From: Tubiluchus corallicola
Taxonomy: Eukaryota; Animalia; Priapulida
Assembly (NCBI GenBank): GCA_030141605.1
Contig: JAQGDQ010000974.1
Span: forward strand, 10,230 to 74,229
DNA length: 64,000 bases
Direction of reading: 5' to 3'
Every line of letters begins with the position of its first letter. Position 1 is the stretch's first letter. The notes beneath the pieces were generated by a model. It was not told the DNA's origin. It saw only the letters and a program-made list of their open reading frames with translations, and searched no databases. Shown here in pieces: positions 36,201 to 49,200 of the stretch. The translations under genes were made by a program, and so were the position numbers.

Positions 36201-39200
36201 CAGACAACACTCTTTGTGAAAATCAGGGAAACCGTAAACTAACAGGTGTGCAATCACAACAGCAACAACAAAAAAAATATCAAAATGACCACGGCCAAAA
36301 CACCAACATCACTGTCAGAGTCAACAGCGGCTACAGTAACAACAATAACAGAAGCAATTAAACCAGTCTTTCGATGATTGGCTGGTTATAGCTATGGAAC
36401 AAGTAATCTAAAAGAATGAAATTGACCTGTATGTTGAACCACAACGTATCACTGCAGAAACGTGAGCAGTCAACTGTGGTTACCTTGTTTAGCTGGATTT
36501 CATGGCTATTTAATTGTTTTACCTTGTTTGGCTGGATTTCATGGCTGTTTAATTGTTTTACCTTGTTTAGCTGGGTTTCATGGCTGTTTAATTGTTTTAC
36601 CTTGTTTAGCTGGATTTCATGGCTGTTTAATTGTGGTTACCTTTTTGGCTGGATTTCATGGCTGTTTAATTGTGGTTACCTTTTTGGCTGGATTTCATGG
36701 TTGTTTAATTAAACCTTGTATACAGCTACGGTCTTATTTAGCTGTTCTGTCATAACGCCGGAGTACAGACGGGCAACCTAGCAGAACAGCTAAATAAGAT
36801 CAAAGGGAAATCTTTTATTCGACGTCAGTATTAAATACGTCTCTCAACACTGGATGAAGTGATTCTGTACCAAAAAACAGCAATTCCGTGTTGAGTTGCC
36901 GGGAACAGTCAGTTCTGCCTCGTGCTTTTTTGGCTACCTACTTACAGACTCTTGAATATCAGTTTTTTAGGTTCAGTGTTAGAAAGGCAGGATTTCTGTC
37001 AGCAACTGTCTGGATACCTGTAGTACCTTACCTTGAGTGACCATGGACCTTGTTTGGGGAAAAGATTTGCGCTTAGAGTTAGAATTACCGTGGGGAACAA
37101 TTATTCCAGTTATTTTCACTTCTGTCCAGGAAGTTACGCTTCAACACAGTTTGTTTGTGTGATTGATTTTCTGTTTGTTTGGTTGTTTTTGTCTATTATG
37201 GCAGCAAACCTATTACGACGCAAAAACTATCTAACAGATTTTCAAGAAACTTTGCAAAGAAAGGTGGGAATAGAGTGTCAAAATGGGAATCTTTTCGCCG
37301 GTTCTGTTTTCGCAAAACTTGGTCGTACACAATGTACAAAAAAACATTCGTGAAGCACTTCGTATGGGTCTCAGAGGGTGTGTTTAGTATTTCTTTTTTA
37401 TTATCTCCACCAGGACAAACGACTAGTTCCATTTCGAGAAATTCTCGCTTGTAAGACTGTGTAACGCTGTCTATAATCTTGACTTATTAATGCGTATAGC
37501 CCAATCAGGTTACTTGGTACGTATTTTATTGTCAGTCTGTTACCATCGCCAACATTAATGGTAAAAGTGGTAGATAAACACTATGTGGAACATTCGTGTA
37601 TTATTGATTCTCAATCCATTTAATGTACTTTGTGAGTCTTTTGTTAGTCTATATAATCTCACGACACGTACAGTTTTGTATGTCTTTATTGTTCATTTTT
37701 GTTATAAAAAAATCAGACGAACAAGTTTAGGATTGTTCAGCTTTTTATCAGAGATCTGCTTCCTACTGAACGCATTCTAGTTTTATTACAAAAATCAATT
37801 GCGTTAAAATAACATGTGTCATTTTTCCTACTTTTCCATTCGTACCATTTTTACCGCGCACCGTATCTTTCTCAGCACTATTTACTGTGAGTCATGGTAC
37901 CAGGTCAACGAGCGTCACTTGGCTCGCTTTGGGTTTCCTCGTAGCTTCAAATAACACCAGGATGCAAGGAAAAGTTCAAGGTTAATTTTAGCCGTGTTAA
38001 TTTATTGGGCTTAAAGCCAGCCGAGTAAACAACACTTCTAAAAATAGATTTTTGTCGGTTTTCAAATACTTGGCCAAATTAAAGGAAAACCGGATGATTG
38101 TGTAAACATTAGTACAGAATAAAAATGCTCTAAAATATTGAAAACTACAATAGCTTTTCTGAATCAAAGCTTTGATTAAATAATAATTACCTCGGATTCT
38201 CAAATTTTGTTTTAAACTTTCAAGCAACGCGCGGCTCAGTGAATCTACTGAGACTGGTAGTGGCGCTTTTTTGTCACAATCGCGTGGCTGATAAATAGAA
38301 GGCGGTACCGTGATAACCATGATCATGAACTACTGTGTTAGTTTCATAACGTCCAATGATGTAGAGCCCATTTTTCGTGACATCATGCTTTTAATAGGTA
38401 CTGTAACACCTATGCAAGTGTGTTTGATGCGCAAGGGAAGACGCTTCCATTGCACAAACTGTGGTTAGTTTCTGACGTAAGCAATAGCTGTGTTCGGTTG
38501 CCGTTAATTAACTTTCTAAGCTAATTATTCAAATATAAGGAACAAGTGTTAACTTTTATAGGCAAGAAAATGTATATTTTGGACAGTAAATTAACATGAA
38601 ATTGAGTCTAAACAGTCGTCCGGTTTTCCTTTAATGAAATTTAAACAATGTTAGTTTTTTGCATATACAGGAACAGCCATATCAGAAACAGCAACAGATA
38701 AAATGCGAGTTGGGGAGTTTATTAACAGTTAACAATATGAGATTTTCCGTAATATCAATAATAAGACGAAATATCCTACTGCAGAGCTGTGTCGTAAAGT
38801 TGACATAACATAATTGTGAAAAAATCAATAAATAAATCTAATTCGAAAAGATTAAATTACAAATGATCATAATTGCATTTTGTAATTTGAATCTACATCA
38901 AATTTGTAACACTGAAGTAGTCTTGTGTGGCAATTATGTTGCGGTCTTAGTTACCGGGTCGTGCTGCTTTTGTTTCTCACACCTGCTTTGCTTTGGAACT
39001 CGTTATATTTTCTGTACAATTATAGCAGAATTTTCATCTTTGCTGTGGAATATTGTACTGTTGCATGGATAGTTTATGAATAGTTAATAAATAGACTGAT
39101 ATAATTCTAAGATATCATCATCATCATCATCCAATGAATCACACGTCCAGGGACATGATTCTGCTCACCTCCCTATGCCAGGACTCCCTGCTTGCCGCAA

Positions 39201-42200
39201 TGCCCCAAGTGCATTTATTTCTAAGGATCAATGCTGAAGTGTTTAAATCTTTTTGTGCAAAATCTAAGTATGTTAACATTTGTCCTCCTGCAGGTGTTTT
39301 TTGCTGGTTCTATGGCTTGTTGAAGAGATATCTTCACTGGAATATCATCAGGTAGTCTAAGCATATGCCCAATCCATCATAAACGGTGCCTTTTTATTTT
39401 TCTTGTCCAAGGTTCTTCTTTTATTTTTTCATACAGATCTTTGTTTGAGATTTTCTTTGGCCATCTGATACCCAAAATGTTTCCGTAATTTCGCCTTTGG
39501 AACGCATCGATTTCAACTTTATGAATATCCTAAGATACCCTATGAATTTGAATATATAACATGATCAGAGTATAACAATCAGCCCGTTTCCATGACAACG
39601 CAGTTAAAAAGGAATTTGCAACATTGTTCATACAGTCAGACTCAGACATGCACAATATATATGAGTTGAGACGTTAAGTATGGCTGTTCACAATGTCAGT
39701 GCAGCTATGAAAGCTGATGCTTGAGCTGCTAGAACAATGCCAGTCTAGCTTAGAGGGGTCACAACAATTCATGTGTGAGGTAATGCGACTTGGGTAAGGA
39801 GTAAGCTTTGTAGAACAAGCAATACACGGCGCAGTCTCTGTAGTGTCCAAATTCACTGTTCAACAACTAAGTTAAGTAAGCAATTTATTGTCATTATAGC
39901 ATAATACATCCAATGAAATTTATGTGGTTTTACGTACTGCAATAACTTATAGAAACAACAAAGAGATTAACACAAATAATTCAATCAGTTGTACAGTGAC
40001 GGAGAGAATTAATATTGAAGATTCACTGAAATTTACTGTTGATGGTGCGAATTGCAACGGGATAGAAAGAATTTAAAGTTCTTGTGGTTTTAGCATTAAT
40101 TGAGCGGAATCTACGACCAGAAGGAATCTACGAATTTAACTGATTATTAAATCACTAGCTATTAAAATGATTTAAACTTCAGCATCAGAAGGAATTCAGA
40201 AAGTCGGGCAGCTGTTTGTATTTTTGGTGCCAAGAAATAGGAGAAACCACAAAAGATCATATCTGTGTTTATAACAACTAGCAAGAGTAAGCAAGTGAAC
40301 TGGCGCGAAGTTCTTTTTGCGGTCTTGTAAGATTCCAATACGCGCACTTGCCACCTGGGTGCACGGGAAGGGGTGACAGTGAGGGAGGAAGAACAAAACA
40401 GCTGAAACATCGGTTTCTAGCATTGTTTCTTTTCAGTTTCATTTGCTCCAAGGCAGTAAATTTGCGAATGTTACAATTACTTTCCCATTTCGTCGCAGAT
40501 TTCAACGTACGTACTGCAGATTCCGAGTTCATGACCACCCCTTGACCTAAATGCTACCTTCCTCGCACAAAACGGAGAATCGGGCTTCTCTCAACCCAGA
40601 TGCGTCACGCGATAAGTATTTCAAAGCTACGGTAAGCAACTTGCGCCACGAAACTTTGCGGGGGAAATACCAGACGTGATGAATCATCGAGAACTGTTGG
40701 AGCCGCAACCGTGTACGAATATTTGCTTGTTAAGAATGGGCGCCATGTAACTCGTTGAGTTTGGTTACAGACAAGGTTGCAAAAAAGTTACATGGTAAGA
40801 GAATGAGGAGGATAGACGTTCGTTGAGTTTGGTTACAGACAAGGTTGCAAAAAAGTTACATGGTAAGAGAATGAGGAGGATAGACGTTCGTTAAGTTTGG
40901 TTACAGACAAGGTTGCAAAAAAGTTACATGGTAACAGAATGAGGAGGATAGACGTTCGTTAAGTTTGGTTACAGACAAGGTTGCAAAAAAGTTACATGGT
41001 AAGAGAATGAGGATAGACGTTCGTTGAGTTTGGTTACAGACAAGGTTGCAAAAAAGTTACATGGTAAGAGAATGAGGAGGATAGACGTTCGTTGAGTTTG
41101 GTTACAGACAAGGTTGCAAAAAAGTTACATGGTAAGAGAATGAGGAGGATAGACGTTCGTCGAGTTTGGTTACAGACAAGGTTGCAAAAAAGTTACATGG
41201 TAAGAGAATGAGGAGGATAGACGTTCGTTGAGTTTGGTTACAGACAAGGTTGCAAAAAAGTTACATGGTAAGAGAATGAGGATAGACGTTCGTTGAGTTT
41301 GGTTACAGACAAGGTTGCAAAAAAGTTACATGGTAAGAGAATGAGGAGAATAGACGTTCGTTGAGTTTGGTTACAGACAAGGTTGCAAAAAAGTTACATG
41401 GTAAGAGAATGAGGATAGACGTTCGTTGAGTTTGGTTACAGACAAGGTTGCAAAAAAGTTACATGGTAAGAGAATGAGGAGGATAGACGTTCGTTGAGTT
41501 TGGTTACAGACAAGGTTGCAAAAAAGTTACATGGTAAGAGAATGAGGAGGATAGACGTTCGTTGAGTTTGGTTACAGACAAGGTTGCAAAAAAGTTACAT
41601 GGTAAGAGAATGAGGATAGACGTTCGTTGAGTTTGGTTACAGACAAGGTTGCAAAAAAGTTACATGGTAAGAGAATGAGGATAGACGTTCGTTGAGTTTG
41701 GTTACAGACAAGGTTGCAAAAAAGTTACATGGTAAGAGAATGAGGATAGACGTTCGTTGAGTTTGGTTACAGACAAGGTTGCAAAAAAGTTACATGGTAA
41801 GAGAATAGAGGATAGACGTTCGTTGAGTTTGGTTACAGACAAGGTTGCAAAAAAGTTACATGGTAAGAGAATGAGGATAGACGTTCGTTGAGTTTGGTTA
41901 CAGACAAGGTTGCAAAAAAGTTACATGGTAACAGAATGAGGAGGATAGACGTTCGAGAGTGTTTGGTCAAGGTCATGAATTCATCAGGCTGCATTGTGCT
42001 TTCTTACGAAGCCATGCAATTTGAATGGTCTTCTTCATAAACATTCTATTATGAAAATTTTGATACTACGCTAGTGTAAATAAACTCGTAGAGCTTTTGG
42101 TAACTTTTATCCTCCTGCCATTCACACTAGTTACGGTTAATGAAATCCTTCATGTACTGCTATCCAACAATGGACTCAAATTCCTCCTTAGGCAAAAGTA

Positions 42201-43009
42201 TTTCAATTACAACGTTTTAAAAGGTTTATATTTGATTTGTTACTGACACGTTGCCTAACCTGCCATTTTGGTGTTTTTAAATACCTCTAATCACAGTTGT
42301 CTGTATTATTATCATTAATTGTTTTTATAGCTGAATATTGTTTTTTAACTTTCAGCTATTTTGCATGTATTACTCTGTCTGTACCATGCGTGTGTTTGCG
42401 CCATCTCGTGGTGAGTCTAGAAAGCTCACGCTCCTACTCTCCTTGAGGATGATTTGTTCAATTTCCAAACCGTTTCTGTTTTTATTGTTGTATTGTTATT
42501 TTCATATGTAAATAGTTTAATGTTTTGTGTTGCAAATGAGTCAAATAAAAAACTATTGATGTGAATTAGTTCCCTTGGATTACAATAAATTGTGTTTAGC
42601 CATGTTACACGTTAGGTTACTGTGTGGCAGGTTAGGGTTAGGGACGATTTTTTCCGGTTCAGAGATGTCCCTTATATCCAAGGTTGACTGTATAACAAAT
42701 GATAAATATTCTGTCCATGCGTCACGCTATAAGCAAATATACAGACATAACAACTTTGGGTGGCGGTAAGTTGCTGACGCAAAACTTGCCGTTTTTTTGT
42801 AACAGCTTCCCATGAATGGAAGAAGATGAACATCTGTTATCAAGCGTAGAGTATTAAATTCATGCATGGCTGCAAGTATGTGATAATACGACACGATTGT
42901 TGATTGACTAACGCAGCATTGATAAACACTTGTTGAATGAGTCAAAGCTCATCTCCGTCTGAAGCTGATTTATGGCGTTTATGCAGCTGGGTGAGGGTGA
43001 AGAGAGAGA

Positions 43010-43077
<68 letters not shown>

Positions 43078-43190
43078 GAGGGGGGAGAGAGAGAGGATGG
43101 AGAGAGAGGGAGGGAGGGAGTGTGAGAGAGGGCGAGAAGAAAAAGAGAGAGAGAGACACAGAGAAAAATGGCGAGAGAAAGAGAGTGAGT

Positions 43191-43234
<44 letters not shown>

Positions 43235-46200
43235 AGAGAGAGAGAGAGAGTGAGAGAGGGCGAGAGAGAGAGAGAGAGAGGACAGAGAGAGAAAGAGAGA
43301 GAGTGAGAGAGGGCGAGAGAGAGAGAGAGAGAGGACAGAGAGAGAAAGAGAGAAGAGAGAGCCAGAGAAAAAGGGTGAGAGAGAGAAAGACAGAGACAGA
43401 GAGAAAGGGCGAGAGAGGGGGGATATAGAATGGACGTTCGAAAGGTCAAAGATCAAAATCAGTGTGGACATAACTTTGAAGTTGGACTTTGTAAGTGGGA
43501 TTATTAAACGACTTTTGGTCTGTGCATGTGTATGTGTTTGTACAAAAGTTGGTGCTGATCTAGAATTTTGCAAGTTATACAGCTAGATATGTAGTTATTG
43601 CGTGCTCGCAACTCGCAAGGCATATATAACGCCATGATTGTTTGGGTATTAATTTACCTCCAAACTCGTTAATAAATGATCTTATCATCGACAAACGGAA
43701 TTGATGTGCTCAAATAAGATGCTTAGCGAGCTGTGTTTTGGTAATGGAACTGAATATGTGCGACTGGTTTGGGTTTAAGAACCTACAGGCGATGAAACCA
43801 GCCAGAAACTATTGGACCTGTACCTATTTACCATTCAGTTAATCGGGAACTTACTCCCCCTCACCTCCCCCCCGGGCACTGCTTGAAACCAAAATAAAAT
43901 TACATACCTTATCACAGCTATCTGAATAAACCGTCCTAGGAACTGAGAGATGCAATCTCTCCCTGTCTTCACCACTTGTGCTGTTACTAGTTCTTCTTGC
44001 AGGAATGTCACTTGTGCCTCTGATAGCAGGTGATCTCTTCAATGAACTGCATTGTCTCTGTATGTGAGTTCTTGCAGGTGGGTGTGGTTCAGACACCTGA
44101 GCAAGCACATCTTCTGACAACAGAGGTGTTTCTGATGTGACGGACATGTTCTCCAGCAGATTCACTGTCTGTCTTACCGGTGAAAGGCTCTGCGAGGACA
44201 AAGAACTAATTGATGAATTGTTCCTTTCTGCCCCTTCTGGTCCACTTTCGCTAGACATTGCAGCACTTTCACTGGACGCGGGTGGAGACTCGCCTCCACT
44301 GGATGTTACACTCCACTCGCAGGTGACACTTGACTTGAAAGGCTGCGTTTCGTTGTCCTTGCGCATTTTCAGTAAAAAATATGTGAAATGTCTCCAAGAT
44401 AAAGTTGCTTCAGCACCAGAATCACTTCTGAAACTTGAGTGACCGCCACTCGTTTGTTAATTAATTTCTATGGATTTTTAATCAATTACAAATGTCCACA
44501 TTCTTATAGCAGGTCGTAGTGCCTACATAAAATCAACTGACAATATTGAAAAAGAAAGTTTTGCACGACCAGTTCGTTCCACTTTGAATCTGGTGTCTTA
44601 GTTTCATAGACCGTTTACCTAACATGAATCACAGCTCTTGGAAAAATGTTCTTGCCAATCCACGTGTTGCACTGAAGCATAAATTTGTTTCACAAAGTCG
44701 GCGGAAAAACAAGTACTATATTTGGCGGCAGCACTGACGCACGAGAATCACCCCAGAAGCCAACTTCTCTGTGAATGGATAAGCAGCGTGACTTCAGCTG
44801 CAATGAAGCCATGTTTTTTGGGACGCAGTTTGGTGAGCAATTGGCACAGAATGCGCATGATACGAAGCGTTGAATGCGATACTATAAATAAATCCTTTTA
44901 CAAACTACTGGGCTGGAGAAGTAGCTGCTCAGCCGTGCAATTTTATTATCTCTTACGCAAACACGGGAATTTCCCTTAAACGCCCCGCGATGGGCAACGT
45001 GTAACTTACAGATACCGTGCAATGCTTTCACGCTAATGCAGTAACACGCTAGAAACTGCACTGAAATATTTTAAGCATTTAAAAATGAAAAATGCATTTT
45101 TGTGTAAGTTATATCGGCGATTTTAGCTTGCAAATTATTTCTACCTGTTTGCCTACATAATTCTAATGTACTTATGTGGCGATGCCCTGTCCCTTCGCCC
45201 AAGTTTTAGAGCTAATTATCTATAATTTACTTGTAATATCGAAAATCGTAAAACAGTCAAAATTTGCCACAGAAATTTGTATATTGATATCTTCTGTATT
45301 ACACAACTTGCGGTGAGACACAAAAACTTCTATGACAATTTCAGAAACAAAGACGCTAACGAAACTTTTTATAACACAAGTAATCTAAACAAGCATGTCC
45401 GCCTTTTTTCACTCGTCTCCTGCAGACACGTGCGCGCCGAACAATTCGGTCACGTGACCATTCTGATTGCGTCAGCACAACTTAGTCTTTTATAGACTTG
45501 CCAGTTTAACGAATTACTTTAAATACGCTTTTCTTTAAAATTCCTGCTATCAATACTTCCAAGCGGTTTGCATTCATTTGATTAAATGGGCCTATTTGTA
45601 TTTTACGGAAATTTAAATACTGGTTCAAATTTTAAAACCTGTCAAAAATGAGCTCGCATCAAATTATTTATGTCATTTTGACAAAAGACGAATATTTATT
45701 GCATAATTTTCGTCGTTTCTACTGGGAACGAGTTTGAAAAGGCCGCTTTCAGACGTCTCTTAAATGTGAAACTGAACAGACGCAAGACAAATGCGAAGAG
45801 ATTTTGTTCTGTCAGAAAAGAAAAGATTTGCTTGCGTATTGAACATTTATAGTTAGTTTAGTTTATTTATTCCAAAAGCCAGTTTTTACATAAAATGACA
45901 TAAATTACAATGAGCAAGGTAAATTATCGGCTCAGATCAAAAGTAAAACTTGTGAGATCTTAGCCGAATAGGCGATATGGAATAGCGGGGTGCAGGAGGT
46001 GCAAAATAAAATAAAATTATGACAGGTTATGAATGCGAAGATTTTTTTTAATTAATTAATTATTTCTACGTTCTCATTATTAATTACATGTATTTGCAAA
46101 CCGCTTATATTCAAGCAGGCTGCACAACATCTTGTTGTGTAATACCTTGCACCTGTTCATTATGTGGCACTTATATAAAAACTGCTTTAAGTAACTGCCT

Positions 46201-49200
46201 GTGGTGTGTTATAAAATGCGTCCTTTACATTGATATGAAAGTATACACGTTTTCCGAGGAAAACAAGAATTTTGCCTAAAATGTGACGTCCCTAAAACTT
46301 TGGCGCCCTAGGTTATAGCCATCTAACTGTCAAATTAATGTTGTGTGCTAACTTTATTTACATACATAGTCTTCAAAGAAGATCTTACCTGGACAGTGCA
46401 GTTTCCAGTTTCTTTTCTAACACTTCGTTTTCATTCACGTAACGACACAGCTGCTTTGATAAACCCTCAAGCTGTTCAGCCATACTGGTATTTTGCCTTT
46501 CGAGTAAGACATTTGTGGTGTTGAGCTGATCGTATGTGTTGTTTGTATCATCTGTGAACAGTGCATCTGTGACATGAGCAAAACTGATAAAGAACTAGGC
46601 CAAGTATCGTATATGTAACAATACCATAGATATGGTTTGTGTAGATCAAAGATCTCGGTGATTGCTTAGCAGTGTTCTGCATTCTAGACTGTCATGCTGC
46701 TCTGATCTTCTTTAAGTTCCTAATTAGTTTAATAATTACTACTTTATTATGCACGCATTTGTCTGGTTGCTAATATTATTGTAGCGTGTAACATGGTGTC
46801 AGAAGTGAACTAGTTTGTTTTGAGTATTTATTCGGACGGCAAATTTGTAGAGAACTATGAATCAGCTAAAACCGCCTAACGCACTAAACTTCGAATCACG
46901 CAATCTGTCACAAGCATGGAAAAAATGGCGTGAAGAATTTATCTTGTATATGGAACTTGCACTTAGTGACAAAACTGAAGAAGTGAAAAAGAAGACTTTT
47001 CTGTATTTAATCGGAGAGAGAGGTAGGGAAATCTATCCCACATTAAATATAACTACACCTGAAGCTGAACGAACTGCCGGACACTTGTTTACAGCCTTTG
47101 AAAGGTATTGTATTCCAACTGCCAATCAAACAGTTGAAAGATACAGATTCCTTACTAGAGTACAAAGTTCTTCTGAAACTATTGATGAATATGTAACAGC
47201 TTTGAGAGTGCTGGCTAGTACACGTGAATTTGGGCAGTTGGAAGATTCTCTATTGCGTGACAGAATATGTGGCGTATACGTGTCGTATAGTATTTTATCT
47301 TAGTCAGCATTTTCAATACTGTTAGAGACTTTGTTAGAAAAATGTTTTCAAGACAATGCATACAATTTGTTAATAAGAAACCTACTGATCGTTGTAAGTC
47401 AAGTTTTCTCATTTTCACATATGCACGAATCACTGGTGAAGACTTAAAAGAAAATGTTGCTTAGGTAAAATACAACGTACAACAGTAATTATGATATTAT
47501 ATTAATTAAAACGTAAACGTGAGTTTATTATAACTGACAAGTGCACCATATAACAATTTTTTTAACATTATAACAATATAACAAAACCAAAGAACGTTTC
47601 AGCCATAAATTTTTAGTAAATTCAAATTAAGTATAACACATTAATACAGAACAATGAGTCTGTGCAGGACACCTGAAGATAGCAGTAGAAGTAAATAATA
47701 ACATAATAAATCAACTACAATTAACGTCAACTATTTTTGTCCGAGGACTAGCTGTAAAAGCACTCTTGGACGTGTGTAAAAGCTTGTTGGAAGGAACTAA
47801 TGCCTCGTCTTCCACCTGCAAATGGTGAACCTGTAGATTTTTATTCACTCGCGGAATTGCGTTTTCCTTACCTACATTGTCAAATAAACGTTTATCACTT
47901 GTTTTATTTACTGAGCTGCTAGTGCCTACTGTTGTCGATTCACCCTCATCATATTCTAACTGTTTTAAATCTGTCATCTTTACGTCTGATATTTTGCTGG
48001 CTCTAGTTCTTTGCTTCTTATCAAAAGAAATTTTTCGTATCACACGACTTTTATCAGATAAACTCGTTATCGACTTGGAAGACTTTTGGTTGTATCGGCT
48101 ACATGAAGTTTTTTGTCGAAGCTTTGGTGAAGCCTCGTCCACATTCTCATCACCATAACGCACAAGAAGAGATTTTGTACTGATAATAGGTGCACTCTTA
48201 TCTCTACTTCTTTTGATGCCACGACACATAAGAGTTTCTCTAAATTCCGTACTTGGCATAGACGTTCTAGTTTCTGGACTGGTACTTAACTTGTTTATTT
48301 GCATTGGATCATCCCCCTTCAACAAAGGGCTTATTTCCACGTAACACATTTTCTTAATTTTTGCATCGTTTACTTCTGCATCCACTTTTAATTCCACTTT
48401 GTCTGAAGTTTGTCTAACATTGCCCTCAATCGTATCATGCACATTTGCTTCCACATTGTCTGAGTTCTCACTCCTCTCATCAATATCTGCTTTTTCACTC
48501 GTTGGAGTTTCCTCAACAGAGTATTTGTTTCTGTCAACCATGTCTGCTTCCCTACTCTTTATACCACCAGTTATGTCACAGTTTCTTTCATTAACTTCTG
48601 CTTCAGATTTTTCTGCAGTTTCTTTATTAAAGTTTTTGTTCATATTATCCGAGTCTACTTCTATTCTTTCTGAAGAAACCTTAACAGGCACATCACTGCC
48701 AACGTTGTTTTCTCCTGCTTCTATTTTCATTGGTGTTTCTTTAGCAGAATCTTTCACTTTTTTGAATTCTTCTCCAATCACGTGCTTACGGCCGGATTCC
48801 TCGTCACAATTATCTTCATGCACCGGCATACTAATTTCGTCCGTTTCTTCACCGTCGTGATCAGTGTCCAGTGTTGCCACAATTTCAGCACCGCTTACTT
48901 TGCCATGACCAGAAGTAAGGTTAAGATTACTTTTAGATCAGTAAGTCTACTTAATTTCACAGAACAACTGATTACTTCTCTGTAGGCACCATTACAACCA
49001 AACTCTGTGTTCACTTTTTGCAAGGATACGCCAATTGAATCATGAGAATCTTCAACTTCCAAGCTATCTCTGCTTATTGCATAAGTGTCGCATTCCACAG
49101 CATTTGTTAAATGTTGTTGTTCATGTTGTTCATCTGCTTGTTCCTGGATGCTGTTGTCACAAACATCTAAACTGTCATTACTTAACACACATGCATTACA

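Noticed and set aside
40278-40545. Possible extra TNIP2 exon (VRTLKSATKWES...)
   Set aside because: The nearest acceptor phase is incompatible with the upstream exon and there is no recognisable homology.
40752-41955. CRISPR-like regular array
   Set aside because: Units are contiguous with no unique spacers, there are no cas genes, and the context is a eukaryotic intron.
42908-43573. ER- and SL-rich ORFs (also 63419-63895)
   Set aside because: Translations of GA microsatellites.
47647-47672. Small exon-like segment conserved in both arms
   Set aside because: It has a good acceptor but no phase-compatible donor. The conservation is explained by the recent duplication.
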